Source of the DNA: Felis catus
Taxonomy: Eukaryota
DNA: 64,000 nucleotides
Reading direction: 5' to 3'
Assembly (NCBI RefSeq): GCF_018350175.1
Contig: NC_058372.1
Location: 41,354,001-41,418,000 of the forward strand
Part shown: one piece after another, positions 38,891 to 50,300 of the stretch
Layout: each line of letters begins with the position of its first letter
How positions within the stretch are numbered: the first letter of the stretch is position 1
Position numbers and translations under genes: made by a program
Notes under the pieces: model-generated
Told to the model about the DNA's origin: nothing
What the model saw: only the letters and a program-made list of their open reading frames with translations
Database searches by the model: none

Positions 38891-39446
38891 ATTGCTCTGC
38901 TGCTTTTTCAGAATTTTTTCTCCTCGACCTCCCCTCCCTAGTTGCAAAGTCTGTTTACCACCGTTACACACAGAAGCAGTCTTTGGGCTCCTGGGAACAT
39001 TGCTAGGAAGTTTTCCCCACATCTTCTTGGTCTCTGCTAGGCTTTTTCCTGGTGTTCTCTTCTGCAAGCCATGCTCCCCAAATCTCTTAGTTTCCAGACT
39101 CTGAGAAGCCTGAGAGATGAACAGGACAGGTGTGGGGTAGGATCGGGACAGAACAGGGCCAGACCTATTCCCAAATCAGGCATGTGGTCAGCAGAGACCA
39201 CGAGCACATACAAGACACACATGTGTCTTGTGTGGGCCTGTGACAGTGCTTTCACGGGGAAAGGAGCCCAGTGCTTCCAGTCCTCTCCCGCTTCCTCTCC
39301 TTTTTCCAGAACTCCTGGTCCATGACTTTTCTGCCTGGCTCTTCCTGGGGGGCCTTCCAAGTCCTGGACTGGGTAGGTCAGTCCGTGGCCCTGACAGACA
39401 CGCAGCTGACACCTGGTTTCCACTTTCTTCTCTTCTCCGGTTTCAG

Positions 39447-39544
39447 GAGCTGTTGGCTAGAGGAAGTGGAGGGGCCGTGGGATGCAGAGAGCCGAGGGCT
39501 AACTCTGGGACAGCGGAACAGAGAGAGCTGCCGACGATCAGACG
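39447..39544 (+). other. TJAP1: Probable TJAP1 5'UTR exon
   Basis: Strong polypyrimidine tract with tttcag| acceptor, ACG|GTATGT donor; 98 nt, about 0.75 kb before the first coding exon. Confidence 0.65.
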
Positions 39545-40308
39545 GTATGTCCCTGTGAGACCTGCTCCCCACCCCCACCCCCAGGGCTCCCTTCCTGGGA
39601 GGCTGGCAGGTAAGGGGGCAGGCAGGTGGCCTCTCTAGGTGGGGGCTGGTGAAAAGAGAACGGTGGAGGCCAGAGAGGATTGGCCTTCAGGGTTTACAAG
39701 CTTAGAGACCCCACTGAGGAAACTGGGTTGGAGGAGTACCCTCAAACCCTCACTTTCTGGTTACTGATGTGTTTTGTTTTGGTTTGGTTTTTTTGAGCTA
39801 ACACGAATGTTTCCTAAATGCCAGGTAACTGTAAAAAAGGTTAGTGGTTTATGTAATCTTCACAGAAGGTGTATGAAATTGGTGCTCTCCTCATCCCCAG
39901 TTTATAGTTGGGGAAACCGATTCATAGGGAACAGTTTTTCCCTCTGAGGCATTTTTTTATAAGCCCACAAAGGTGAGTGGTGGGCCATTCTTAGATATAC
40001 TGTCCCACTCCTAGACCATAATCCGCTCTTCCTGGTGCCCAGAACCTAGGCCCTGCCTTTCCCACCCACCTGGCGCATTGGGCCCTTGTCGCCTCCAGCA
40101 CTCCCCTGACCCTTGGGCATTGAGATACCAAAGTCCAGGTTTCTAATGATCCCAGCAATGGTCCAGGCCTGTCTGCCTGCCTGGTGGCTCCTACACACGT
40201 CCCTTTTACTGTCCTTTTTCCCTCAGTCTGGGGGCCTCTTGCCCATGTCTCTGAGCCTTCCCCTCCCTTGCTTCCCCTCAGCAGGTTGAGGAGCCCTCAC
40301 CTCCCAGG

Positions 40309-43300
40309 ATGACCAGCGCAGCCCCTGCTAAGAAACCGTACCGTAAGGCCCCACCTGAGCATCGGGAGTTGCGGCTGGAGGTTCCTGGATCCCGGCTGGA
40401 GCAGGAGGTCAGAAGACTGGTACTCCTGCCCTGGCTGCCAGATGTAGGCCCTTGAGGCTGGGTGTCTGATTGACTTCTCCCACCTGAGGAGATTCTAGTC
40501 CCCCCAAGTTGGGGTGTGGGTGTGGCATTGCTGGTACATGTTTGGGGTCTCCTAGCTGCAGCACTGCTGGTGGGGGCAATGTAGGCTTATAGGGGACAGC
40601 TGTGAGTACATGTCCACATGTCAGGGAACCCAGAGCCTTCATGGCTCAACAGAAATGATCCCAGGCAGTATCATTCTTCCTGCAAGAGGCAGCCCACCAG
40701 ACTGAGGGGTCCTAACTTGCTGGAGGCTGGGTCTCTGTGGAGGAGGTCGTGCTTCCCCACAGACCAGCTGTTCTTTGCTGCCCCCGGAAGTCCTGGCCCT
40801 TCCTCCAGCTTTGCCTTGTTTGGCCAACATTTGTTAAATACATGCTCCCAGCCAGGAACTGTTGTTAGGTTCTTAGGAGGCCTTCTTCAGGCAACTGTAA
40901 AACATTGTCCAAATAGGCCTCCCTCATTCAGCTTACTCTCAGGAGGAAAGGAGCTTGCAGTTTAGGTCCCTTGCTACTGTGTTTCTACCCTGTTGCAGCA
41001 TGTTGAGCACATTCACAGAACTTGAGAGATCATCATACATGCATACATCAGGCGTACCATGGCCCGCTTTGGTCAGATTCGGGTCAGGAATGCTGTGACT
41101 TGCCTGTTTTCAGTTCAGGGAACATTAAATAAAAAGGCCAGGTATTGTGCTAGATGCCACCCAGTGGGCATTCCCTTGGTTTTGTGGATGAGGACGCTGA
41201 GGCTCAGCAAGGCTAATGTAAGCAGAGTGTGGCAGAATAGGATCAGATCCAGGTGTCATTAGCTTCAAAGTCCATGGTCTGGGCCACCCCCTCATTTTCC
41301 TGCCTGGGATTGGCATTCTGCAGCAGTCAGCTCCATTTAGAGTGGGCTGCTTGACATTTCCCTGCTCTGTGGCTGGCTGAGCTCTGGCTCTTGGGCCGTA
41401 ACCAGTGTGGGGGCTTGGGGAGGATGGGGCAGGAGGTAAAAAGCCGGATAAGGATGAGACTCTTTACTCCTCTCAGTCAGGCTTGGCCCAAAGGCTGTCC
41501 TTCATCTATGTACTTGTTCCTCTGGGGCCTCTGTAAGGGCCTGATTCTGCCCCCACTTCCTCCAGGGCCAAGAGGGCTTTGTTAGAGCTCAGAACCCTAC
41601 TGTAGCTTGCCTGACTTCTTCACTTCTCTGGAATGTCTCTGCTATGCCTGTAGGGCCCACGGGGAGCCCAGTGAACAGTCGAGAGGCTCTCTTTATCCCT
41701 GGGAGATGCGGCGTGGGTACCAGGACTCATTTGCAGCCTGCTCTAAAGTTATGAGGGGGGTTGGAAGTGGTGTGGGTAAGGGTGAAGGTCGGAAGGGGTT
41801 CTTGAACCTTCTCATTGGCATGGCAGAGAGTAGTCTAGGCTCATCCAGGTGATACTGGATTGCCTCCATCTCTACAGGGCCCACTTTGTGAGATTGTTTG
41901 GGCTTTAGACATGGCCCTTTCCAGGTCTCTTTGGAGGATGGGCAAGCAGGGTGGGTCAGTGGTCTAGGGCTGAGCCTCAGGCTTCTGTTCTTTTGTGCAC
42001 AGGAGCCCCTGACCGATGCAGAGAGGATGAAGTGAGTATCTGCTGCCTGAGAGCCTGCCCTGCTTTGCCTCAGCACTTCCCTCTTAGCGCCAGGCAAGGC
42101 TGTTGGTATAGTCGGGGTTTCATTGGATTAGGTAGAAGTAAAGGTTGGTGTGGAGCCGTAAAGGGCTCTGAGAGGAGGCTGGATATGGATATTCCTTCCG
42201 GAAAGAGTTTTTGTTCCATGGCTCCAAGAGAACCTGGAACCAAGGTGCTCTGGAGGCCTGCTCTTGCCAAAGAGCCTTCCCCCAGCTCCTGGCTCTCTTG
42301 TGCCAGCTGCCTCCCTGCAGCCTTTTCTGTCAGCCACGTGAGGCCTTTGGAGAGGAGGGCAGTGCTGGGCTGGATTTCCAGGAGATTAATAATGGAGTAG
42401 CCTGATTGTGCAGTGGGGAAACTGGAGCTGGAGGGCTTGGTGGCCGGCTGGCTTGGGCTGTAACCAGAGACAGACTGGGAACTTTCACGCCTCACACCAA
42501 TTCCGTCTTCTCGTTCTTCTTCCGGGTGGGAGTGGATTCTACCATCCCCTCTGCTTCCCGCCCCTGCCCCCAAGCCAGGCTGTGTTCTCAGGGCCAGCAG
42601 GCCTATGGGATATGCTGCCCCAGACTCAGGCTCAGTCTCAAGGAGTCCCCTGTCCCCAGGTGCCTGTGTTCATGTCATCCCTACTCCTTCCTTCCTGAGT
42701 CCAGGCTGGGGTTCCAGGGCTGGTCCGTCTACCTCTGATGCTCCTCTGCCCTTGCCCCCTCACCCCGCCAGGCTGTTGCAGCAGGAGAACGAGGAGCTCC
42801 GCCGGCGCCTGGCCTCAGCCACCAGGCGCACCGAGGCCCTGGAGCGCGAGCTGGAGATCGGGCAGGACTGCTTGGAGCTGGAGCTGGGCCAGAGCCGCGA
42901 GGAGCTGGACAAATTTAAGGACAAGTTCCGCAGGTGTGGAAAGGAGGGGCCAGGACACACCTGCATGCAGCCCCCACCATTCATAGGATTTTAGCTGGAA
43001 GAGGCCTCTGAGATCATCTGATTCTGATGGGGAAACTGCGGTTTGGGGAGAACAGCCTGCCCAAGATCCCCTATCAAGGAGGGGCTGAGCGAGCAGGGTC
43101 TGAAGAGCAGATCTTGACCCAGGGGTCTGCCTCGTGTTCCTCCACAGGCTTCAGAACAGCTACACGGCTTCCCAGAGGACCAACCAGGAGCTGGAGGACA
43201 AGCTGCACACACTGGTAATCTGTCCGGGGTTGGGGGTGCGGTTTCGCTGGCACTGTGCTCATAGCAGAGCAGGGGGCTGGGACTTGCTGGGGGAATGCCA

Positions 43301-46300
43301 CTGGGGCTTGGGGAAGGGGTTGGGACGGCGGCGGGGAGGGGACCGCAGTGTGCTGTGCGCGTCAGGACTGTCTTAGTGCTCACACTGTTTCTCTTCTCTC
43401 CCGTCTTCCCCTCATGCTGCCGCCGCCGCCGCCGCCCTCTCCTGTCAGGCCTCTCTTAGCCACAGCTGGATCTTTGCAGTTGCGTCTGAGTTTGTGTGTT
43501 TTCTCCCTTGCCCTGGCCTTCTCCTCAGATGAGCTCTGGGGTTGCCGGGGCCCCTTCCCTGTCCCTCTGCCCACTGCTTTCCTCTTCCTTACGTGAGGCC
43601 CATTCGGTACAGTGCCTCCCTCCTTGGCTCTGGCAGAGGAACCGGTTGATGTCACCACTGAACACTCACAGCTTCTCCGCTGCAGTGGCAACAAGCCCAA
43701 GCCATTGAGGGGGGAGGGGGGGCTGTAGAGCCAGTCCCTGAACTGAAGATCAGAAGGCCGCTGCTGAGCCTGCCGCTCCCTCCTGGCTCAACTAGATAAT
43801 CTCACAGGCGCCCCCAGCTGCCTCCCAGCCCCACCCCTCCCTCTTCCTGGCCTGAGCCTGGAAGCAGCTCCACACGTAGGCTTCAGTCCCTGGGTTTGCA
43901 CACTTACTTCTCTAGTCCAGCTGCTTTGCCTCCTGTGTAGAGCCCCTTGAGGGGCAGCTCTTGCCTCTGTCCTGGCCCAGGTGGCAGCAGGTTATATCCA
44001 GAAAGCCCCTACCCCACAGCCAGCCCGGAGAACAGGAGAGGTGGCTGGTCTTCTTCTGTCTGTCCATCGTCTGTCTACTTCGTCCGCCTTGGCTGCCCCA
44101 GCACCTGTGGCTTCCTGTGTCTCTGGGTCGGGAGGAAGTGGAGGGGAGGAAGGCCGGCTGGGGTGAGGGCGGGGTTCACACACGTTTTGTGCCTCAGATC
44201 AAGAAAGCGGAGATGGACAGGAAGACGCTGGACTGGGAGATCGTGGAGCTGACCAACAAGCTGCTGGACGCCAAGAACACCATCAACAAGCTGGAGGAGC
44301 TCAATGTATGGCGGGGGGAACCCTTCCCGTGTCCCTGGCTTTGCCCTGGCCTAGGCCCTGCTTGCCTGGGGCGGGGCTGGCCTCTGACCCTTGCCTGTAC
44401 CTGTAGGAGCGGTACCGGCTGGACTGCAACCTGGCTGTGCAGCTCCTCAAGTGCAACAAGTCCCACTTCCGCAACCACAAGTTCGCCGATGTGAGCAGAA
44501 TCCCCCCACCCTCCTGCCAGCGCTAGTCCTGCCTTCTCAGGACTCCTCTGACTTGAGTTTTCACACCTCCCTCTATCCTCCTGCCTTGACTCCTCCTTTC
44601 TGCTTTGCCCTGCCCTCGTCTGCATGGCTCCTCTCAAGCCAGTCAACTCTGCCACTGGTCGGTGTTCCGTGTGCTGTCAAGAGATAGTCACTGGGACTGG
44701 GGGGCTGGCCCTGCTGGTATTTCTGGAACAGAAGCAGGGAGAGAGGCACTCAATTTCGGGATCCCATGCGGGAAGGTGGGGTTGGCCAGGATATCAGTCA
44801 TAAGAATATTGAGAGAGGATGAGGCCCAGCTGATCCCTTTACCCCAAGGGGCAAGCTCTAGACTCCAGAGCTTCAGGCCCAAGGTTGATAGGGTCTGTAG
44901 AAGGAGTGGAGGGACTCATGAGGCTGCTGGCCAGTACAGGTCCTCAAACTTGTCTGGTTTGGGCAGAAGCCACTGCTGAGATGCAGGGAGATGGACGTTT
45001 GAGGGCATGTGGGCCTTAGCACCAGTTCTGGGATCAGATGCTGGCTGTGTTCATCAAAAGCTGCAAGTTACTTCACCCCTGCGGAGCCTCAGTTTATTTG
45101 TGAAATGAGGCTATACCCTGGCATGTCGGGGGGCCGGAAGATCACAGTGCTGAGCGCGCAGTGGTGCTTGTACGTGCCGGTCGTTATTTTTGCTCTGAGG
45201 TTGGGATCGTTCATGTCTCTCTTCCCTTCTCCCACTCTTTTTCCCCAGCTGCCCTGTGAGCTACAGGACATGGTTCGGAAACATCTGCACAGTGGTCAAG
45301 AGGCTGCCAGCCCGGGCCCCGCCCCTAGCCTGATGCCAGGGGCTGTGGTACCCACCTCGGTCATTGCCCGGGTGTTAGAGAAGCCAGAGTCTCTACTGCT
45401 CAACTCAGCCCAGTCAGGCAGTGCCGGGCGCCCCTTGGCCGAGGATGTCTTTGTGCACGTGGACATGAGTGGGGGGGGGCCGGGTGACCCAGCCAGTCCC
45501 CCAGCCCCTGGCAGCCCCACCTCACAACCCAATGGGGAATGCCGCTCCCTGGGCACTGCTGGGGGCTCCCCAGAGGAGGAGTTGCCCCTGCCAGCCTTTG
45601 AGAAGCTGAGCCCCTACCCCACCCCATCTCCACCACACCCGCTGTATCCTGGCCGCAAGGTAATCGAGTTCTCTGANNNNNNNNNNNNNNNNNNNNNNNN
45701 NNNNNNNNNNNNNNNNNNNNNNNNNNNNNNNNNNNNNNNNNNNNNNNNNNNNNNNNNNNNNNNNNNNNNNNNNNNNNNNNNNNNNNNNNNNNNNNNNNNN
45801 NNNNNNNNCTCGGCCCAGACCTCCCCCCGCCACGAGCCCAGCCCTGTCCCCCCGGCACTCAGTGCCCCGGCCAGCTCTGCCAGCTCTGAGGAGGACCTGC
45901 TAGCCAGCTGGCAGCGAGCATTTGTGGACCGCACTCCACCCCCAGCCGCCGTGGCCCAGCGCACAGCCTTTGGACGTGATGCCCTCCCTGACCTGCAGCG
46001 CCACTTTGCTCTTAGCCCCACTGACAGAGATGAGGAGGTTCTGGTGCCTTCTTCCCCACCTGGTGAGAGTGGGCTTTTGCTGCCAACAGAAGCTGATTCT
46101 GGCCTTCCCAGGGAGGAGGAAGAAGAGCTGAACCTGCCCATCAGCCCTGAGGAAGAACGCCAGAGTCTGCTGCCCGGTGATAATGGCACAGATCAGGGGC
46201 CTGTCACTTCCCACACTGACGGCAGGGCCTGGGCACTCCCCAGCTCCAGCCGTCCCCAGCGCAGCCCCAAGAGGATGGGGGTGCACCACCTTCACCGCAA

Positions 46301-46346
46301 GGACAGCCTGACCCAGGCCCAAGAGCAGGGCAACCTGCTCAACTAG
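40309..46346 (+). CDS. TJAP1: Tight junction-associated protein 1 (PILT), 558 aa with cassette exon
   Basis: Exons 40309-40407, 42003-42031, 42772-42933, 43148-43214, 43449-43478 (cassette), 44198-44305, 44407-44490 and 45249-46346 (N run 45677-45808) total 1677 nt. Start MTSAAPAKKPYRKAPPEHRELRLE, coiled coil, end RKDSLTQAQEQGNLLN. Confidence 0.96.
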
Positions 46347-46960
46347 GCCCCCCCCCCCCCCCCCCCCGTCACCCTCCTGCCCCTGCTGCTCTGCTCCCTG
46401 TGCAGTGGTGTCAGGTGGGCCACGCCAGGCCTTGTAGCTGCGCTGCCTGTGACTGGCACCAGCTTGTCTCATGGCTTTTCCCTTTTCTTGGAATATTTAT
46501 TCCCCAAGGGTAACATGCAGCTGGGGCCCAAGACCTTTCTTCCAGTTGGCCCAAGTTGGGCTGTTCTGGGCCGCGGAGGGGTCTATCGTATCAGTGTTCA
46601 TCTTCCATCCCACTTTCGTACCCGCAAGTTTTATTTTTTGTGGTTCCCCCCTCCCACCCCGGGGTCGGGAGGGGGACGTCGTCGGGGACGATTAACCTCT
46701 AATTTCTATTTTCTGCCTGTTTTCCTCTCCCCTCAAGTCCTCTGCACGAGCTGTTGCCTTCAAGGGGCCCTTGGGGGATGAGGGAGAGGACTCACTCAGG
46801 GCTCGCCTCAGCTGTGTCCATCCTCCCTCTGGAAGGGAGGAGAGGGAGGGATTCAGGGGCCTCAAGCTGGGCTCTAGGTGAGGCCTGGCCCCCTCCCGAC
46901 CTTGGCTCTAGACTGTTACTCCCAGCTTTGGGAAGTTTTCACATCGATGACTATTTTAAA

Positions 46961-46966
46961 ATTAAA
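46961..46966 (+). terminator. TJAP1: TJAP1 polyadenylation signal ATTAAA
   Basis: ATTAAA in an AT-rich patch about 615 nt after the stop, followed by a T/GT-rich region. Confidence 0.65.
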
Positions 46967-47357
46967 ACTATTTTACTGATATGGCCCAATTTGTCTCTTA
47001 ATGATTTTCCTGGTGCCATTCTTGAGCCTTCCCAGTTCTAGTCAAATTCTGCCCTTTGCTAGTGAGTCTCCCCTGCCCTTCTCTGCTTGGGATGTCCGTG
47101 GCCACAGAGCGTCACGCAGTGAGAGAAGGTGCACCTCAAGTGACCTTGGCAGGGCCCCTGAGTCTCCCCTTGAGGTAGGTAGGGTCCAGCCCACCTGTGG
47201 AGGCGGGCTCTTTACCTCAGTTACGATTCTTACGGGGGGCCTGTGTAAGGTGTCGCCCCAGGACCCCAGGTCCTAGAAGTCCGAGACCTGAGCCTGACCG
47301 GTTAGATATTTGGGGCCAGTGGATGCTGCCTGGCTGGAACTTGGGCTGTGGGGTGGC

Positions 47358-47373
47358 ACTGCCCCCTAGTGTC
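47358..47373 (-). promoter_or_regulatory. CTCF-type motif
   Basis: Minus strand reads GACACTAGGGGGCAGT, matching the core CCASYAGRKGGCRS at all but the first position. Confidence 0.6.
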
Positions 47374-47698
47374 TAATAGTTCCAGTTCCTCCCCTACTGC
47401 CAGCCCCCCAGGGACCACAGCCACACACCAGGTTGTAGAGTTAATAAAATCTCTTCCGAGCCAGCGGGTTGCAGCCAGAGCTGCCAACAAGTCCAGAGGC
47501 GTTGCCTTGGGTTCAAGTGCCCCCGAGGCTGTTGCTCAGTCAGCTTCCAGAGCTTCCCACCACTGCCGGGAGCTACCAGAGCCCCAGCCACCCCCCCCTT
47601 CCCTCCCTCCCAGGCCCCAGGGCCTGACCCTGATATTTGGGACAAGGTGCTGGGGACATAGACAAAATGTAATGATGTGCAGAAGCCCAAGTGGAGAG

Positions 47699-50300
47699 TC
47701 ACATCTCGGTCTCAGCCAACAGACTGTCACCGAGTCCTGAAGTCATGAGCACCATCTGAGAGCTGGGATCTGTGGAAGGGCAGAGGGGTGTTCAGACCGC
47801 CATTCATTCCACCAGGGACACAAATCTGGTGAGAGACAGCCTAGGTTTCCCACACCCACTCTCCCTGGTCCCGGGCCTCTTCCAGATCTGGCTCTGATCA
47901 ACCCTTGGGGCTCTTACCACTGGGGCACATCCAGGAGCTGCTGCTCCTCTGGTGGGCAGCAGGCTCCCGCCCTCTCTCTCGTTCCTGGGTGTCGCCAGCC
48001 CCTCCCGCCACCTCCTCCTCCTCCTCNNNNNNNNNNNNNNNNNNNNNNNNNNNNNNNNNNNNNNNNNNNNNNNNNNNNNNNNNNNNNNNNNNNNNNNNNN
48101 NNNNNNNNNNNNNNNNNNNNNNNNNNNNNNNNNNNNNNNNNNNNNNNNNNNNNNNNNNGCGGAAGAGGAGGAACACAGTTAAGGCGACTTCACACTCCAG
48201 CCTGCCACCCCTTCAGTATGTCCACAGACACGTGAGCTCCCCTGCACCCCCACCTCTAGCCCATACCCAGACATGAGAACTTCTCACCTGAGCTGACTGG
48301 TTGGTGAGCCCTGTGCCCTCCAAGTCTAGGACTTCTAAGGTGCGGCTGGAGGCCACAGCTACAGCCAGCATCCCTGCCACATGGTCACCTGGGGAGGCAG
48401 CACACATGCACAGTCACCTGCAGTTGTGAGCGGGCCTGCTAACCCTTCCTCCCCACAGCCTCCCCAGTGTCCTAACAACCCTAGATCCCACCCCCACGCC
48501 AGCAAATGCTGACAGTTGGTAGGTGGCCAATAGGGGGGCACTGTGGCCAGTGAACCGATGAAGCAAGCCAGGCCCAGGGGTGGTGATGGATACTTTGATG
48601 CACCTGTTGGTCATTTGGTCCTCCACATAAGTGGCTTCTCTGCTATCTTCCAGATCCCCCTTCCTCCCCCCCCCCCACCGTGGTGGGGTTACCATGACAA
48701 CCAAAGGGTCCTGAACTGGAGCTCTTGGATGGGGATGGGGTGGTGAGACTCGCAGGGGGCTTCCTTGAGCCTCACCCANNNNNNNNNNNNNNNNNNNNNN
48801 NNNNNNNNNNNNNNNNNNNNNNNNNNNNNNNNNNNNNNNNNNNNNNNNNNNNNNNNNNNNNNNNNNNNNNNNNNNNNNNNNNNNNNNNNNNNNNNNNNNN
48901 NNNNNNNNNNNNNNNNNNAAACCAGGATGGAGTCTGTTCCTCTTCAAGCCCCTCCCTTGCCCTGGATCTCTGGGGTTTCCCTGGTGGCAGAGAGCCACCC
49001 TCCCCCACCACAGAGCTCCAGGGCCATTAGAGACACATGCCTTCCTTGTCCACTGCAGCCTGGATGCCTGAGTCTCTGTTCTGCTGAGGCCCCAATCCAT
49101 CTCCTTCCTGAGAGGATTTAAAACACATTCTCACCCACATTCAGAGCCCTCAGCTTTGGACCACACCCCCTGCTCTCTGCACCTGGTTTTTTCATCAAGG
49201 CCATACCAGCCCATGCCCTCAGCAGGGCCTCTCTCTCACCTGACTTGGCTCCNNNNNNNNNNNNNNNNNNNNNNNNNNNNNNNNNNNNNNNNNNNNNNNN
49301 NNNNNNNNNNNNNNNNNNNNNNNNNNNNNNNNNNNNNNNNNNNNNNNNNNNNNNNNNNNNNNNNNNNNNNNNNNNNNNNNNNNNGGGACTCCCATGTAGG
49401 CTGAGGGGGTGAGACCAGAGAGCAAAGGTCACTGCAGTCATCAGCCCTATCTGTAAGGGAAGGATCCCCTTCCCTTATGTGAGCCCTAAAGGTGAGAAGG
49501 ATACCTGTCATAGCACTTGGGAGAGGCCCTGGGGAGGAAGAAAGAAAATTCTAGATTCTAAAGGAATACAGGTAGAAGGGGAATTTGGCTTCTTTTCTAG
49601 GTTAGGGATTGAGATCCAGGACAGAGCACAGAGGAGTGTGGTGGGTTGGTGGGTTGGGATTCTTCAGTGGGCAAATGTAGGGGCAGGGGTCTAATCCCCA
49701 GGAGAGTTCCTTCTTGAGACCTGAGGAGCTGCTCCCAAGAAGTCAAGGCCGGTGATTAGGTGGGGAGGTACACGTGCCCTGCCAGAAAGGGGTGGGTATC
49801 CCATCGCATTTGGGGTGGGGCTGCGGGTGCAAAGCCCGGAGGTAAGGGATGTGCTAGGAGGGGGTCGTGGAGGCATGGGCAGCGGGATGGGGAGGTGGTG
49901 TACAGGGGTGAGAAGACAGGCTGGTGCAGAGACAGCTACAGGAAGGTGTGTGGAGGAACAGGCGGTGGCAGGGGGCGTGTGAAGAGGGATGCAGTGCCCG
50001 GGACCCCCTTGCGAGGGAGCGCACTCACAAGAGGGACTGGATGGAGCGGTTGGTCCGCAGCGCCTCTGCCAGCTGCTTGATGCGGCTGGGACTGGNNNNN
50101 NNNNNNNNNNNNNNNNNNNNNNNNNNNNNNNNNNNNNNNNNNNNNNNNNNNNNNNNNNNNNNNNNNNNNNNNNNNNNNNNNNNNNNNNNNNNNNNNNNNN
50201 NNNNNNNNNNNNNNNNNNNNNNNNNNNNNNNNNNNNNNNNNNNNNNNNNNNNNNNNNNNNNNNNNNNNNNNNNNNNNNNNNNNNNNNNNNNNNNNNNNNN
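47699..50300 (-). CDS. LRRC73: Leucine-rich repeat-containing 73 (start codon and parts of four exons hidden by N runs)
   Basis: Exons: ~50300-50029 (visible SPSRIKQLAEALRTNRSIQSL), 49400-49240 (LHGSP..GAKSG), ~48898-48776, 48388-48288 (DHVAGMLAVAVASSRTLEVLDLEGTGLTNQSAQ), ~48140-47918 (EEEEEVAGGAGDTQE..WMCPS), 47769-47699 (DPSSQMVLMTSGLGDSLLAETEM*). Coordinates marked ~ are inferred from recalled human exon lengths. Confidence 0.9.

Noticed and set aside
40279-40284. NAGNAG acceptor at the first coding exon of TJAP1
   Set aside because: It would change only 3 nt of 5'UTR; common and likely inconsequential.
45009-45248. N-terminal 80 aa of the 445-aa ORF
   Set aside because: Intronic read-through upstream of the true acceptor at 45249.
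48524-48543. CTCF-like TGGCCAATAGGGGGGCAC in an LRRC73 intron
   Set aside because: An extra G breaks the core spacing; too weak to call.
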